From Escherichia coli (lineage in GTDB: Bacteria > Pseudomonadota > Gammaproteobacteria > Enterobacterales > Enterobacteriaceae), in NCBI RefSeq assembly GCF_044324875.1, contig NZ_CP172186.1: a DNA stretch of 64,000 nucleotides, one strand, 5' to 3'. Positions 30,063 to 40,700 of this stretch are shown here, one piece after another; position 1 is the first letter of the stretch, and every line of letters begins with the position of its first letter. A program made the position numbers and the translations under genes. A model generated the notes under the pieces. That model saw nothing but the letters and a program-made list of their open reading frames with translations, was not told the origin of the DNA and ran no database searches.

Positions 30063-30390
30063 TGGATTTGCCCCTATATTTCCAGATACCTGTTATCACT
30101 TAACCCATTACTGGCTTGCTGCCGTAGATATTCCCGTGGCGAGCGATAACCCAGTGCACTATGCGGATGCCATTCGTTATAATGCTCGAACGCCTCTGCA
30201 AGGTTCTTTGCTGCCGTTAACCCGTCTGGTTTGGGCATGACACTGATGTAGTCACGCTTTATCGTTTTCACGAAGCTCTCTGCTATGCCGTTACTCTCCG
30301 GACTCCGCACCGCCGTGCTCTTCGGTTCAAGCCCCAACATCCGGGCAAACTGCCGTGTTTCATTAGCCCGGTAGCATGAACCATTATCCG
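30063..30390 (-). mobile_element. IS2 remnant (3' end of orfB plus terminal IR)
   Basis: IS2 end TGGATTTGCCCCTATATTTCCAGA; translation matches IS2 OrfB C-terminus; junction with IS1 approximate. Confidence 0.8.
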
Positions 30391-30937
30391 TCATCCATAT
30401 CACCACGTCAAAGGGTGACAGCAGGCTCATAAGACGCCCCAGCGTCGCCATCGTGCGTTCACAGAATACGTGCGCAACAACCGTCTTCCGGAGCCTGTCA
30501 TACGCGTAAAACAGCCAGCGCTGGCGCGATTTAGCCCCGACATAGCCCCACTGTTCGTCCATTTCCGCGCAGACGATGACGTCACTGCCCGGCTGTATGC
30601 GCGAGGTTACCGACTGCGGCCTGAGTTTTTTAAGTGACGTAAAATCGTGTTGAGGCCAACGCCCATAATGCGGGCAGTTGCCCGGCATCCAACGCCATTC
30701 ATGGCCATATCAATGATTTTCTGGTGCGTACCGGGTTGAGAAGCGGTGTAAGTGAACTGCAGTTGCCATGTTTTACGGCAGTGAGAGCAGAGATAGCGCT
30801 GATGTCCGGCGGTGCTTTTGCCGTTACGCACCACCCCGTCAGTAGCTGAACAGGAGGGACAGCTGATAGAAACAGAAGCCACTGGAGCACCTCAAAAACA
30901 CCATCATACACTAAATCAGTAAGTTGGCAGCATCACC
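30390..30937 (-). mobile_element. IS1 remnant (IR, insA, 5' two-thirds of insB) fused to the IS2 remnant
   Basis: IS1 terminus GGTGATGCTGCCAACTTA at 30920-30937; InsB sequence ends at WMTD then continues as IS2 OrfB. Confidence 0.8.
30607..30882 (-). CDS. insA: IS1 InsA
   Basis: 91 aa [30 protein letters not shown]... Confidence 0.85.
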
Positions 30938-31267
30938 CGCGAATTATTAAATAAATACCATGGGCTCTCTCGTATTAGCCAAAAATTAAGGCAAAAAGGC
31001 TCGAGACCTTAGTAATAGAACAAGAGCTTGAAGATACCGATGTCAATTGGTTTGAGACGTGCCTTAAAGCAAAAGAAAAAAGTTTGGCAGCAGCTTCCCC
31101 CAAAATCAGAGTTAGAAAACAAAGATGATTCGTGACCTTCTATATTAAGGTCACTCGTTATCAATGATATTAGAGTGCATAAGCAAATAGAAAGAACATA
31201 CCAGTCAATTACTTATACTTTCTTTGACTCAATGTCGGAAATTTCGGCGGTTCCGGCGTAGAACCCC

Positions 31268-31678
31268 ATGAAGTTGTTTTCTCCGTTTCCTTAATGAAAA
31301 TTCAGCCAGAGGCGCAGCAGGATGATTATGTAGTGCACTTAATGCCCTGTTGAACTGAAGTATTCCGGCAATATCCATCCATGAGAGATATTTATCGACG
31401 CTCACTGTGACGGTGATGCAGTCATGGGTACGGGATTTTTCATGAATTTCTGCAGCCAGAAAGAGCAGCCAGCCGCCGTTAAATGCCGGGTGGCGGAGAA
31501 TGAACCGGGCAATCTCTTTTTCAACTCCATCAGGCGGAATATCGTCCGTCAGTGTCCGGATAATAAAGTGCCGGAATGCATCAGCGGTGAACTGATATGC
31601 GGCAGAGAGGGTATCCATTTTTGTTCCTCTGTAAGTTGAGAGGGCCGGCAGAACGTCACCGGCACCGGTGTGTGTCAC
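31268..31678 (-). pseudogene. 5' part of the tra-region gene disrupted by the Tn3-family insertion
   Basis: ORF-track ORF 31229-31678 takes its last 13 codons from the transposon IR; native frame continues at 24489-24367. Confidence 0.55.
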
Positions 31679-32493
31679 ATGACGTACTTTTTGTCAGGAA
31701 ACGAATCCGGCAGCAGGATAAGCGCCACACCGTCCATTTTCTCCCGCAACATTTGACGCTGTGCCGGCGGCCAGCGGCGCAGTGCATCAGCAAAATCCGC
31801 CGGACGCCAGGTGCGAAATTTCTCCTCAACGGCCAGGCGGTTCTGTACCAGGGCATTCAGTACGGCCCGTCCCTGTCTGACTCGCTTACGCTCATCGCTG
31901 AAAATTTCCTTCAGTGCCCGTGCATTGAGAGCAACTACCGAGGCCGGATGCAAATCAGGGAGCCAGACCATCACCCCCTGTGCGGCAGCGTAGCCGTTCA
32001 GGCAGTGCCAGGCGTGGCAGAAGGCACAGAGATGAAAGGGCGGGCCTTCCGGCTGCAGCAGTTCACTTTCATTTTCGCTGAGTGCATCTGTTGTGACGAT
32101 TTGTGACTTTTCCACATGACGCAGGGCCAGTCGCCTGGCCGACAGGCGGGCCTGTGCCAGGGACCGCTCCGCATCCTGCAGGGTTCGGGTGTGTTTCTTT
32201 TTTTCGTCAGCGTTTTCCGGTACCGGATGTTTTTTCAGGCGCATCACCCGGGTGAGGTTTTTTTCCAGCAGGACGACCGTATCCCGGCAGGTGTCAGCCA
32301 TCTGCTGTAATGGCCATGAATCCTCCAGAATGAAGCGGTGAGTGACGGTCCTGCGACAGCAGGGACAGCGTCCGGGTGTTGAGAGCACGGGTGGTGGCAG
32401 CAGGGATTCACCGCTGAATACCGTGTCCGGTTGCGGGAGCGGGAAAAGCCAGCGTTCCCGGGCCGGGGCGATGAGTGGCGGTGTTTTGTTCAT
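31675..32493 (-). CDS. Tra-region protein (traS/traT position), unknown function
   Basis: 272-aa ORF coupled to neighbours; no recognised domain. Confidence 0.5.
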   Translation of the reverse strand: MNKTPPLIAPARERWLFPLPQPDTVFSGESLLPPPVLSTPGRCPCCRRTVTHRFILEDSWPLQQMADTCRDTVVLLEKNLTRVMRLKKHPVPENADEKKKHTRTLQDAERSLAQARLSARRLALRHVEKSQIVTTDALSENESELLQPEGPPFHLCAFCHAWHCLNGYAAAQGVMVWLPDLHPASVVALNARALKEIFSDERKRVRQGRAVLNALVQNRLAVEEKFRTWRPADFADALRRWPPAQRQMLREKMDGVALILLPDSFPDKKYVM

Positions 32494-32715
32494 ACGTTTT
32501 TCTCTCTGTATACAGGGTGACGGCAGCCAGAATCAGTGCTGCGATGGCGGTGGAATAACACTCTGCAAACACAAACTCCTGATTATCCCGGTTGTCGCGG
32601 GCAATCACGTTGCCGTGCTCTGTTCTGAGCAGGGTGAAAGGGGGCAGCTCACAGGACATGGTCTGGTCCTCTTCATTGTGTGAAGACGGCACCGGGAAAC
32701 CGGTGCCGTTGTGGA

Positions 32716-33114
32716 TTAACTGATGGAGACCGGAGAAAGACCGAGCGTTTTCTGTCCGCTGCTCATCATTTCCGGTACGACGGCAAGACAGGCACCGACC
32801 ACAATGGACAGTATGCAGGCCAGCCCTGCTCCGGGTTTTTTACCGATTTGTTTGAGGCCAAGCAGGCCGGCAATAAAGAGCACCAGGCCAATAACCTGAG
32901 CGATGGTCACAAATGAACTGCTGGAGCCTTTTGCACCATCGCCAACGGTTTTGATCATATCGAATAGGGTGTTTGCCATCGCTGTGTGGGGCAGCAGTAT
33001 CACGGGAAGCAGAAGTAACAGGCGTATCAGCCGGTCACGGCAGGCCACCAGGCATAACTGAACATAAATAAATGCAGCGCACAGACGCGCCGCCATGGCA
33101 CGGAATCGTGACAT
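32716..33114 (-). CDS. traR: TraR-position small inner-membrane protein
   Basis: 132 aa, three TM helices; symbol by synteny. Confidence 0.45.
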   Translation of the reverse strand: MSRFRAMAARLCAAFIYVQLCLVACRDRLIRLLLLLPVILLPHTAMANTLFDMIKTVGDGAKGSSSSFVTIAQVIGLVLFIAGLLGLKQIGKKPGAGLACILSIVVGACLAVVPEMMSSGQKTLGLSPVSIS

Positions 33115-33160
33115 ATAGTCTCCTTAACTAACAGACTGAATTACTGAAAATGAATGTGGA

Positions 33161-33691
33161 TCAGAAGGCGAGACCAAGACTCGCCAGAGAGGCATCGATG
33201 ACGCGATCGATAAAAACCAGCAGAACGCCGGCAACAAACTTGACGTTTCCTTTGCTGATGGACTCACTGCTGCTCAGGGCGGTATGCCCGTCCAGCAGGG
33301 ATTTACGCCAGATGGAAATGCCGTTCATGGCAAATCCCACTCCGGCCAGTTTTACCAGTGAGAGCATGGCATTGGCGGCACCGGCAGCGGCACCAAAGGT
33401 GGTTGGTTGTACATAAGCGATAGGGCCGAAGGAATCTGCCCTGAATCCCATCTGGGTACCCCCGGCATTGATGAAGGATGGCAGGGCGACCAGCATGCCG
33501 CAGATGACGATACCGGCGATAAATTTTCCCGGTCCCATACTGTGACGCCCTTCTGCCCGGGCGCGCATCAGATGACCAATCAGGCCGATAATCCCCAGCA
33601 GCTCTCCCCAGGTGAAGAGAAACTCCATGCCTGCACTGAATATACCGCTGGCAAAGTTCTCTATGGCTGTCAGGGCATCAATGCTCATCAT
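33161..33691 (-). CDS. traQ: TraQ inner-membrane protein
   Basis: 176 aa polytopic; by synteny. Confidence 0.5.
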   Translation of the reverse strand: MMSIDALTAIENFASGIFSAGMEFLFTWGELLGIIGLIGHLMRARAEGRHSMGPGKFIAGIVICGMLVALPSFINAGGTQMGFRADSFGPIAYVQPTTFGAAAGAANAMLSLVKLAGVGFAMNGISIWRKSLLDGHTALSSSESISKGNVKFVAGVLLVFIDRVIDASLASLGLAF

Positions 33692-34401
33692 CGTAATGTA
33701 CCGGCAGAGGTGATGACTGAGCGGCTGGACGGTTCAATCCGGGTGATGGTGATATTCCCCAGCCTGTCACCTTCCCGTACTGCCCAGGCGCTACCCTGCC
33801 AGCGGATCCAGGCCATTCCTTTTTCCACCGACATGATTTGCATGCCCTGCAGGCGGGAAGGCGGGGTTTTCGTTGACTGGCCGTTATTCCCGGTCGGGAT
33901 TTGCAGTGGTCCCTGCATCTGCAGGGCATGCACCTGCTTACGGGTTTCATCAAGCAACTGACGGGTTTCCTGTGCCCAGGCCTCATCTTTCCGTATGGTG
34001 TCGCCAAGGGTTGTGATGCTCTCTTTCAGCATGGTCAGGGTACGTCGGATTTCCTCATCCCGCCTGTCCAGCTCTGCTTTCAGGTCACGGGCAAGCTGCT
34101 GCATGTCTGCCTGTGGGGTGACAGGAGGCGCGGACATGGTGTTTCCGCTCCCGGTCTCCGTTATGGGCATGGGCTCTGCCCAGCTTTCGGCTGCGGGCGG
34201 TGTGACAGCGAAGCCTGCATCTGCAGGGGGCTCTGAGGGTGTCCGCAGAAACTTGTACCAGACTGCGGCCAGGATGATGAGGACACAGCCGGCCCAGACT
34301 GGCAGGCTGTATCCCATATACTGGCGTTTCAGGAAGGATTTGCCGGATGCCGGTGTCGTTGTTTCGCCAAAACTGCCGGGATCTTCATGTTCGTTTTTCA
34401 T
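33688..34401 (-). CDS. traP: TraP membrane-anchored protein
   Basis: 237 aa, single TM; coupled to traO and traQ. Confidence 0.5.
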   Translation of the reverse strand: MKNEHEDPGSFGETTTPASGKSFLKRQYMGYSLPVWAGCVLIILAAVWYKFLRTPSEPPADAGFAVTPPAAESWAEPMPITETGSGNTMSAPPVTPQADMQQLARDLKAELDRRDEEIRRTLTMLKESITTLGDTIRKDEAWAQETRQLLDETRKQVHALQMQGPLQIPTGNNGQSTKTPPSRLQGMQIMSVEKGMAWIRWQGSAWAVREGDRLGNITITRIEPSSRSVITSAGTLR

Positions 34402-35729
34402 GGATGACTTTCCTGTTGTATTCCGTAACGTTGCCGCATTTCGTTCTGTTTACGCATGACAGCTGCCTGGATCCTGTCAGACGCCTGACGCTCTGCTTCT
34501 TCCTGGGTGAGCGGGCGTCCGGAGGGCGGTGGCACAGAAGGGGCAGTGCCGGAGGAGGGGGGACTGATATCGTTGCTCATGACCGGCTCAACAAACAGAA
34601 TGGAGACAACCTCTCCGCGTGACACTGTCACCTGCCGGTAAGGTTCGCTCTCCGCCTGGCGGGTCAGCAACTGACTGCCCCGTTCGGCCATGCCGCCTGC
34701 AATGACGCCAGCCAGCGCCTCGCCATCAGGCATTCCCACCCTGCCAGTAATGCTGCCGTAGTTTCCCTGAATGACCTGTGTGTTGGCGTCTTTGTAAAGA
34801 CTTCCGACACTGCCCACCCCACCGAGCACAGACGGCAGAACGATATGCTTAAACCAGCGGTGGTTCACGTCGCTGGCCACGGATGACATGCCGGTATGTT
34901 CATTCAGGGCATATGCATTGACTTTCAGAAACATGCCCCGCCACATCATCCGGTCAAAGTGGATATCCATTCCCTTGCCGGCGAGTCTGGCGTCCTGGCT
35001 GTAGAGGACGGCCCCGGCCCATGGGCCGGCAGGTACGGAGGCCACCACGCGGGAGACAGCATTGTCAGAGTCCACTTCCGTATCAATGAAGGCAGGTACG
35101 CGGGTCAGTGCCGGTATCAGCTGTATCCCTGTACGAGCTGCCGGGGTTGCCAGACTGGCCTCCTGCAGACGTGGTTGTGGTGATGTGCCGGTACCGGGTG
35201 GTGAGGCGTGTGAGCTTATCCCGGGAGCACCAGTGGCACCCCACATTGCAGCCGCCACTACCGGGGGGCGGGCGTCAGGATGCTGTGTGTTGATGCGGGC
35301 AAGCAGTTTTTGTAACGCTTCCCGCTGTTTTTCCCGGGCTGTTTGATCTGCCTGAGGGGGCGTTGATGGTTGACCAGAACCCTCGGCCTGGTCAGCAGGC
35401 TGAGTATCCCTACTTTGATTCTTTCCGTGATCAGTATCCAGTCCCCTGGGCAGACTGGCGATGAACGTCTGGTTATTACGTAATGCTTCTGCGGCCCCGC
35501 GCTCATTGTCAGCACGCAGTAAATCCCGGTAGTGCTGTGACTCCACCACGGTCCGCCCGCTGCCTGTTGTCGTGCTGTTGATATTGACTGACGAGAGCGA
35601 TGCGCTGTTTTCGGGGGAAAGCCAGGTGAGCAGCAGGTATCCGCCCCCGATGATAATCACGCTCCCGAGAACCAGCAGGGCTGACAGTTTTTTGCCGGAC
35701 TTTACGGCTGTGTCCTGTTCTGCGCTCAT
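34398..35729 (-). CDS. traO: TraO (DotG/VirB10-like core component)
   Basis: 443 aa, N-terminal TM, Pro/Gln-rich linker, conserved C-terminal domain. Confidence 0.6.
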   Translation of the reverse strand: MSAEQDTAVKSGKKLSALLVLGSVIIIGGGYLLLTWLSPENSASLSSVNINSTTTGSGRTVVESQHYRDLLRADNERGAAEALRNNQTFIASLPRGLDTDHGKNQSRDTQPADQAEGSGQPSTPPQADQTAREKQREALQKLLARINTQHPDARPPVVAAAMWGATGAPGISSHASPPGTGTSPQPRLQEASLATPAARTGIQLIPALTRVPAFIDTEVDSDNAVSRVVASVPAGPWAGAVLYSQDARLAGKGMDIHFDRMMWRGMFLKVNAYALNEHTGMSSVASDVNHRWFKHIVLPSVLGGVGSVGSLYKDANTQVIQGNYGSITGRVGMPDGEALAGVIAGGMAERGSQLLTRQAESEPYRQVTVSRGEVVSILFVEPVMSNDISPPSSGTAPSVPPPSGRPLTQEEAERQASDRIQAAVMRKQNEMRQRYGIQQESHP

Positions 35730-35732
35730 GAT

Positions 35733-36707
35733 TTACTCCAGTTCAGGGGTGACGTGAATGGACTGACCATTCACGGAGAAGGTGAGTAAGGGAGTCACCG
35801 GCAGTTTCCACAGACGCGTACCGTCAGCAGATGCCAGCGTCTGTTCAAATTCATCCCGCAGCATGGCCCGCGATCGCACGAGCAGATCATCGCCGTGCTG
35901 CCAGATGGTGGTGCCCGGAACATTTCCGGAGAATTTCAGCCGACGCACGGTGGGATCATCGGGAGGAACACCGTCCAGAAAGGCCTGCAGGGTGGCATCA
36001 TGCAGGGCAATCTTCTCTGATGGTACGGCTACCACAGGACTGGCAGGTCCCTGACGGGGAATGCGCAGATCCAGACGGCTGTCGATCTCCTGACTCAGGG
36101 TATTGGTGTCGGTTTCACCACTGGTGATATTCAGAATGACCGGTACAGACAGTCCTTTGAGGTAGACCGTTACATTCCCTGCAGCCCAGGCGCGCAGGGG
36201 GGTGACGGAGACCATATTGCCGTTGAACTGCACATCAAAGTGACCGGGTGCCGCGTTATAAGGCGGATCCGACTGAGGCCACGGGGAGCCGTTGATGTCC
36301 GTGAACGTTACCACGCTGACGTTATGCAGTGCGGTTCGGACAAGCGGCAGACTGGCCCCGGGTGACAGATTTACCGTGAGGGAGCTGATACGGGGCACCA
36401 CACTGGTGACAGGTGCGCTGATGGCCCGTTCGTTATCGGCCATTCGTCCCCGCAGTTCCCGAATTTCACCTGCATTCAGGGGGGAATCCAGTGATGCGGC
36501 TTCCTGAACAAGAGGAGAGGCAGGTGGCGGCAGGGGGCCTGTGAGTTGTGTGGCTGGCGGGGGGCCGCCTGCGGGGGCGCTCCCGGGAGCCTGTCCTGTC
36601 TTTCCGCCAGCCTGTGGGGTTCGTGCGTTCTGCCAGCCCGGGTTATCTGCAGCCGTGACAGTGCCGCACACAATAAGCAGTGCGCCAAGAAGATGATGTA
36701 TTTGCAT
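35733..36707 (-). CDS. traN: TraN (DotH-like periplasmic/outer-membrane component)
   Basis: Signal peptide MQIHHLLGALLIVCGTVTA; start taken at internal Met. Confidence 0.55.
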   Translation of the reverse strand: MQIHHLLGALLIVCGTVTAADNPGWQNARTPQAGGKTGQAPGSAPAGGPPPATQLTGPLPPPASPLVQEAASLDSPLNAGEIRELRGRMADNERAISAPVTSVVPRISSLTVNLSPGASLPLVRTALHNVSVVTFTDINGSPWPQSDPPYNAAPGHFDVQFNGNMVSVTPLRAWAAGNVTVYLKGLSVPVILNITSGETDTNTLSQEIDSRLDLRIPRQGPASPVVAVPSEKIALHDATLQAFLDGVPPDDPTVRRLKFSGNVPGTTIWQHGDDLLVRSRAMLRDEFEQTLASADGTRLWKLPVTPLLTFSVNGQSIHVTPELE

Positions 36708-36717
36708 GATATGAGTC

Positions 36718-37413
36718 TCAGGTTCCTGATGCGGCGTTACGGGAAACCATCTGGCTGATTTCCATGCCGCCGGGTTTGATTCGTGGGTCAACGCGCCGGA
36801 CAGTGATTTCAAAGGTGAAGGCCTGCTCGGGGCGGGTGCTGGTCTGACCGACCAGACGCATCCTGACCGGATACTGGAATTTCCAGAACCAGATGCCGTT
36901 TTCCATCTGGCCCTGATTCACCAGCGTGCCGGCCCCGATGGTGGCTGTGAGGTTAAATTTCTCCTTTTTAATGGTGTCCAGAATGTTGGAGGCCTGAAGA
37001 GCATTCACATAGCCGGCAAAACCGGCTTCGGAAAAGCGTGGAGCCAGTGTCGTGATTTGTTTCCTGTAGTGGACAAAATCCAGATTAAAAGCTTCGCTCA
37101 GCGTCATGCTGCCAAACGTCATGACGTCGCTCTGACTCCAGGCTGGCTGACTGGTGGGGGCCAGGCGGACCAGCCGGCCATTGTCGGTGGCAAAGTATTC
37201 GCGCGTCACGTCGGTGGCATGCCAGTACTGTATGATATTGCCGGTCAGACTGATGACGAGAGCTGCGCTGCTACACAGCAAGGCCCTGACCAGTCCGGGA
37301 ACCAGTGCGGCCCGTTGTTCTGACTGTGCGATGGTTCTGAGCACGGGGTTATAAATATCTCCGCTGTTATCCGCTTCCGGTGAGACAGGGGAGGTGGGTT
37401 GTGCTTCGCTCAT
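36718..37413 (-). CDS. traM: TraM membrane protein
   Basis: 231 aa, one TM; by synteny. Confidence 0.5.
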   Translation of the reverse strand: MSEAQPTSPVSPEADNSGDIYNPVLRTIAQSEQRAALVPGLVRALLCSSAALVISLTGNIIQYWHATDVTREYFATDNGRLVRLAPTSQPAWSQSDVMTFGSMTLSEAFNLDFVHYRKQITTLAPRFSEAGFAGYVNALQASNILDTIKKEKFNLTATIGAGTLVNQGQMENGIWFWKFQYPVRMRLVGQTSTRPEQAFTFEITVRRVDPRIKPGGMEISQMVSRNAASGT

Positions 37414-37424
37414 GGTGCTCCTGT

Positions 37425-37775
37425 TCAGAGGTTATAGTCTTTCCAGGGGTCGATATTCCCCGGCAGATGTTCATTCACCCGATCCACGACGGCATCACAG
37501 ACCTGGTTTTCCAGGTCGCGGAGGAGTTTGTCCAGGCTGGGGAACTGCGGAAGAGTGATGCTGACGTCCTTGATGCGGGACAGGCAGGACTGCAGGGAAG
37601 AGGCGACGTCATTCTCCCGCTGTGACCATGCCTGGCTGGCTGTGCGCGCCCGCTCCCAGGCGGCTCTGCTGCCGGCTTCGGCAGCGGCCCCCGCCCGGCA
37701 GGTGGCGGCACCTGCCACCGGTGATGCCAGGGTGATGCCGGTCAGTATGACCAGCAGCGTTTTTTTCATGTTCAT
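37425..37775 (-). CDS. traL: TraL small secreted protein
   Basis: Signal peptide MNMKKTLLVILTGITLASPVAGA; start taken at internal Met downstream of primase stop. Confidence 0.5.
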   Translation of the reverse strand: MNMKKTLLVILTGITLASPVAGAATCRAGAAAEAGSRAAWERARTASQAWSQRENDVASSLQSCLSRIKDVSITLPQFPSLDKLLRDLENQVCDAVVDRVNEHLPGNIDPWKDYNL

Positions 37776-37791
37776 GGTCGTCCTTACCGGC

Positions 37792-40700
37792 TCATCGGCC
37801 GGGGCTGTGAGATTGTGCCTGTTGCAGAGTTTTTTCCTGCCTGTCCTCCGCCTTTTGGCTGTCAGACCACTCTTTCCAGGTCTGCTCAAAACCCAGAGAG
37901 CGGAAAAGCTTGTCCGGCTGCTCTTCCGGTTTGTGGATGGCGGCAAACAACGGGGAGTCCTGTTGCTTCAGGTGAAACTGCATCAACTGTGGGGCAGGAC
38001 GCTTAGGGCCGTCCGCATCCCGGTTGATGGCCTCACCGTAACCGGAAAACTGAAGGCCCCTGTCGGTCATGGCGTTGATGACCAGCTGACGGCTGTCCGC
38101 TGTCGGGGTGGCCAGTGCCGGGTAAAGGGTGCCGTTCAGGCGGACCACGCCCTGCATGTATTCGTCGGCGCTTTGTAACAGCAGCAGATCCAGACGCTGG
38201 CTTTGTTTGTCGACGGAGAAGATGAGCGGCGTCAGTGTGGCGGGCGGTGTTCCGTTAAGTGGAACCCGCAGTGCCGGGTCTCGCGGTGCAGCGGCTGGCT
38301 GGCGGTCCTCCCCCAGATACAGGGTGTCGGGTACTTTGTCGGGGAGACGTACATCCTGCATGAGCTGTGGCCATCCCTGCTGTAACAGGGTCATCATCTG
38401 GCGGAATGTGGCCGCCGGATATTCCCGGATGTACTGGCCTTCATGCGGGTTATCATGCGATACGCTGATCCCGTTACAGACCGGTTTCATGGTCCAGATA
38501 TTTCGCACCCATTCCGGTTTGCCCTGTGATGAAGGTGATCTCTCCCGGGCCTGCAATGTCAGCGTGACGGGGTCGCCTTTCTGGTGGTTTTTGACCAGTT
38601 CTTCCAGGCCTTTTCCCCAGTATTCCCGTTTGCCACTGCGGTTGGTGAGCTCCACAAAAAAGCAGCGCCCTTTTCCGGGCGCATACTCTTTTTCTCCGTA
38701 GTTTGTCAGGACGGCAGTCACACTTTCACCGGGTCTGAGTTTGCCGGGGGGCTCTTCCTCCGGTGTGTCGGGTTGCTGTGGCTGTGCACTGACAGCGACG
38801 TTTCCTGCTGACGATGACGGGGCGGCTGGTTGTTCCGGTGTGTCGGCCCGGGGGGCTTCAGCTTTTGCCGTGACCGGCGCTTCCGGATGCGGTGTTTCAG
38901 CCGTACTGCCTGCAGTTTGCTCTGTTTCTGCTTTCGGTGACACAGGGGGGGCCGGTTGTGCCATTGTTGTCTCTTCCGGTGACAGGCGGTTGAGTTCCGG
39001 CGTGGGTCTGTGGGTGACGATGGCATCATGCGCCATCCCTTTCTCCTGGCGGAGTTTTTCCAGCGCAGCCCTCTGGGTCGGGAGTTTCATGCGAACCTTG
39101 ATGTCGTATTCGACAATCAGTTGCATGGCTTTTTGTTTAAAGGCATCACTGCCGGTCAGCTCGATAACGCCGCCATAGAAATTGGTGGCCACAGCAAGGG
39201 CAGCCAGAACCTTTTTGTCATCCGCGCTGGCGCCATCCACCATTTCCAGACGGTTGAGTTTATCCAGGAATGCCGGTTCGCCGTCGACGCGGTAGAGCGC
39301 AGTATTGTCGGGTAACTCTTCGTGCTCAAGATTTTTAATAATCTCGTCCAGGTTGTGCCGCTGCGGACTGTCGGGACGGCGGGGCGCAAAGATAATCGTG
39401 TCCGGTTCCGTTGACGATGTGTCTTCCGGGCTGTTTTCCGGTGGTGATGGTGGTGCGACCTCCTCTGTTGCTGTTTCAGCCTCCGTGGGCTTTTTCTCCT
39501 GAATAACGGAAGGTTCTGAGGTGCGTGATTTCCCACCGGTCAGAAAACGGCGCAGACGGCTGAAAAGCGATGGCGTTTCAGGGTGGGCTGCTTCATTCGC
39601 TGTGCTGGTCTCAGTGGCAGACACAGGACGCTCTTCCTGCAGTTTATCTTCAGCCGTCGGTTCAGCGGTGGCCTGCCGGACTGGCTGAGTTTCTGCAGGT
39701 TCAGAAGGTGAGGCTGTTTCTGCTGTGCCGGTGTTGTGAACAGTGGCAGCAACCGTGGCATCGGCATTGAGCTCCTCAGGCGGTGCGTCACGGTTGTTAT
39801 CGGGGACGGCAGAGGCACTCTTTTCACTGGTATCCGTTGCAGACAGAACATCCTCTTCCTGCGGTTTATTTTCTGCCGTTGCTTCAGGGGTTGCCTGCTG
39901 AACAGGCTGAGTCCCGGCAGGTTCAGAAGGTGAGGCTGTTTCTGTTGTATCGGTGTGGTGAGCCGTGGTCATCACAGTGGCATCAGCGTTGAGGTCTTCC
40001 GCAAATGCGCTCCAGTCGTCAGCGCTGGCCATGGAGACCTGCAGTTGTTCTTCAGTCTGCGTTGTGGTGGTGTGCTGTGTCCCGGTCGCGTCGGAGACGG
40101 AGGTTTCCGGTGTGTCGTCACCTGGGGAGAGCTCTTCTGCCTGTACGCTCTGGTTGTCAGCGGTGGTGGCAGAGGCATTTTTTTCACCGGTATCAGCGGC
40201 AGGTATAACGCTCTCCTGAGGTTTGTCTTCTGCTGTTGGTTCAGGGGAGGACTTCTGAACAGGCTGAATCTCTGCAGGTTCAGGAAGCGTTCCTGTTTCT
40301 GCTGTGTTGGTGTTGTGAGCGGTGTCTGTACCTGTGGCGTCTGTATTGAGGTCTTCCTGGTCGCCAGCGGTAGCCGCAGAGGTATTCTCTGTGCCGGTAT
40401 CAGCGGCAGACGCAATATTCTCCAGTGGTTTATCCGGGGATAACGTCTCCGTAGTTACTGACTGCAGGGATGCATAGGCGGCATAGTCATCTTCATATGC
40501 CTGGTTTTCTGTCTCTTCAGTGTGGATGTCATAAGGCGTATCCGGTGTCGCCAGCACCGTTTCCGGGGCTGTGCTCTGTTTGTTTTCAGGGGACATTTGT
40601 GGCTTCTCATCTTTTACCGGTGTGAATATCAGGTTGCCGATCACGACAGCTTCACGGTGGTCGGCAGTGTCACTGTTGGGTGTGGGGATACCGATATGTT

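Noticed and set aside
30074-30688. Intact 204-aa IS1 InsB as listed in the ORF track
   Set aside because: Only the first ~100 codons are IS1 InsB; the rest is the C-terminus of IS2 OrfB read in frame across a fragment junction, so this is a fusion of two IS remnants.
30938-31233. Short AT-rich sequence between the IS1 remnant and the right transposon IR as a gene
   Set aside because: Only short interrupted frames are present; taken as a remnant of former cargo.
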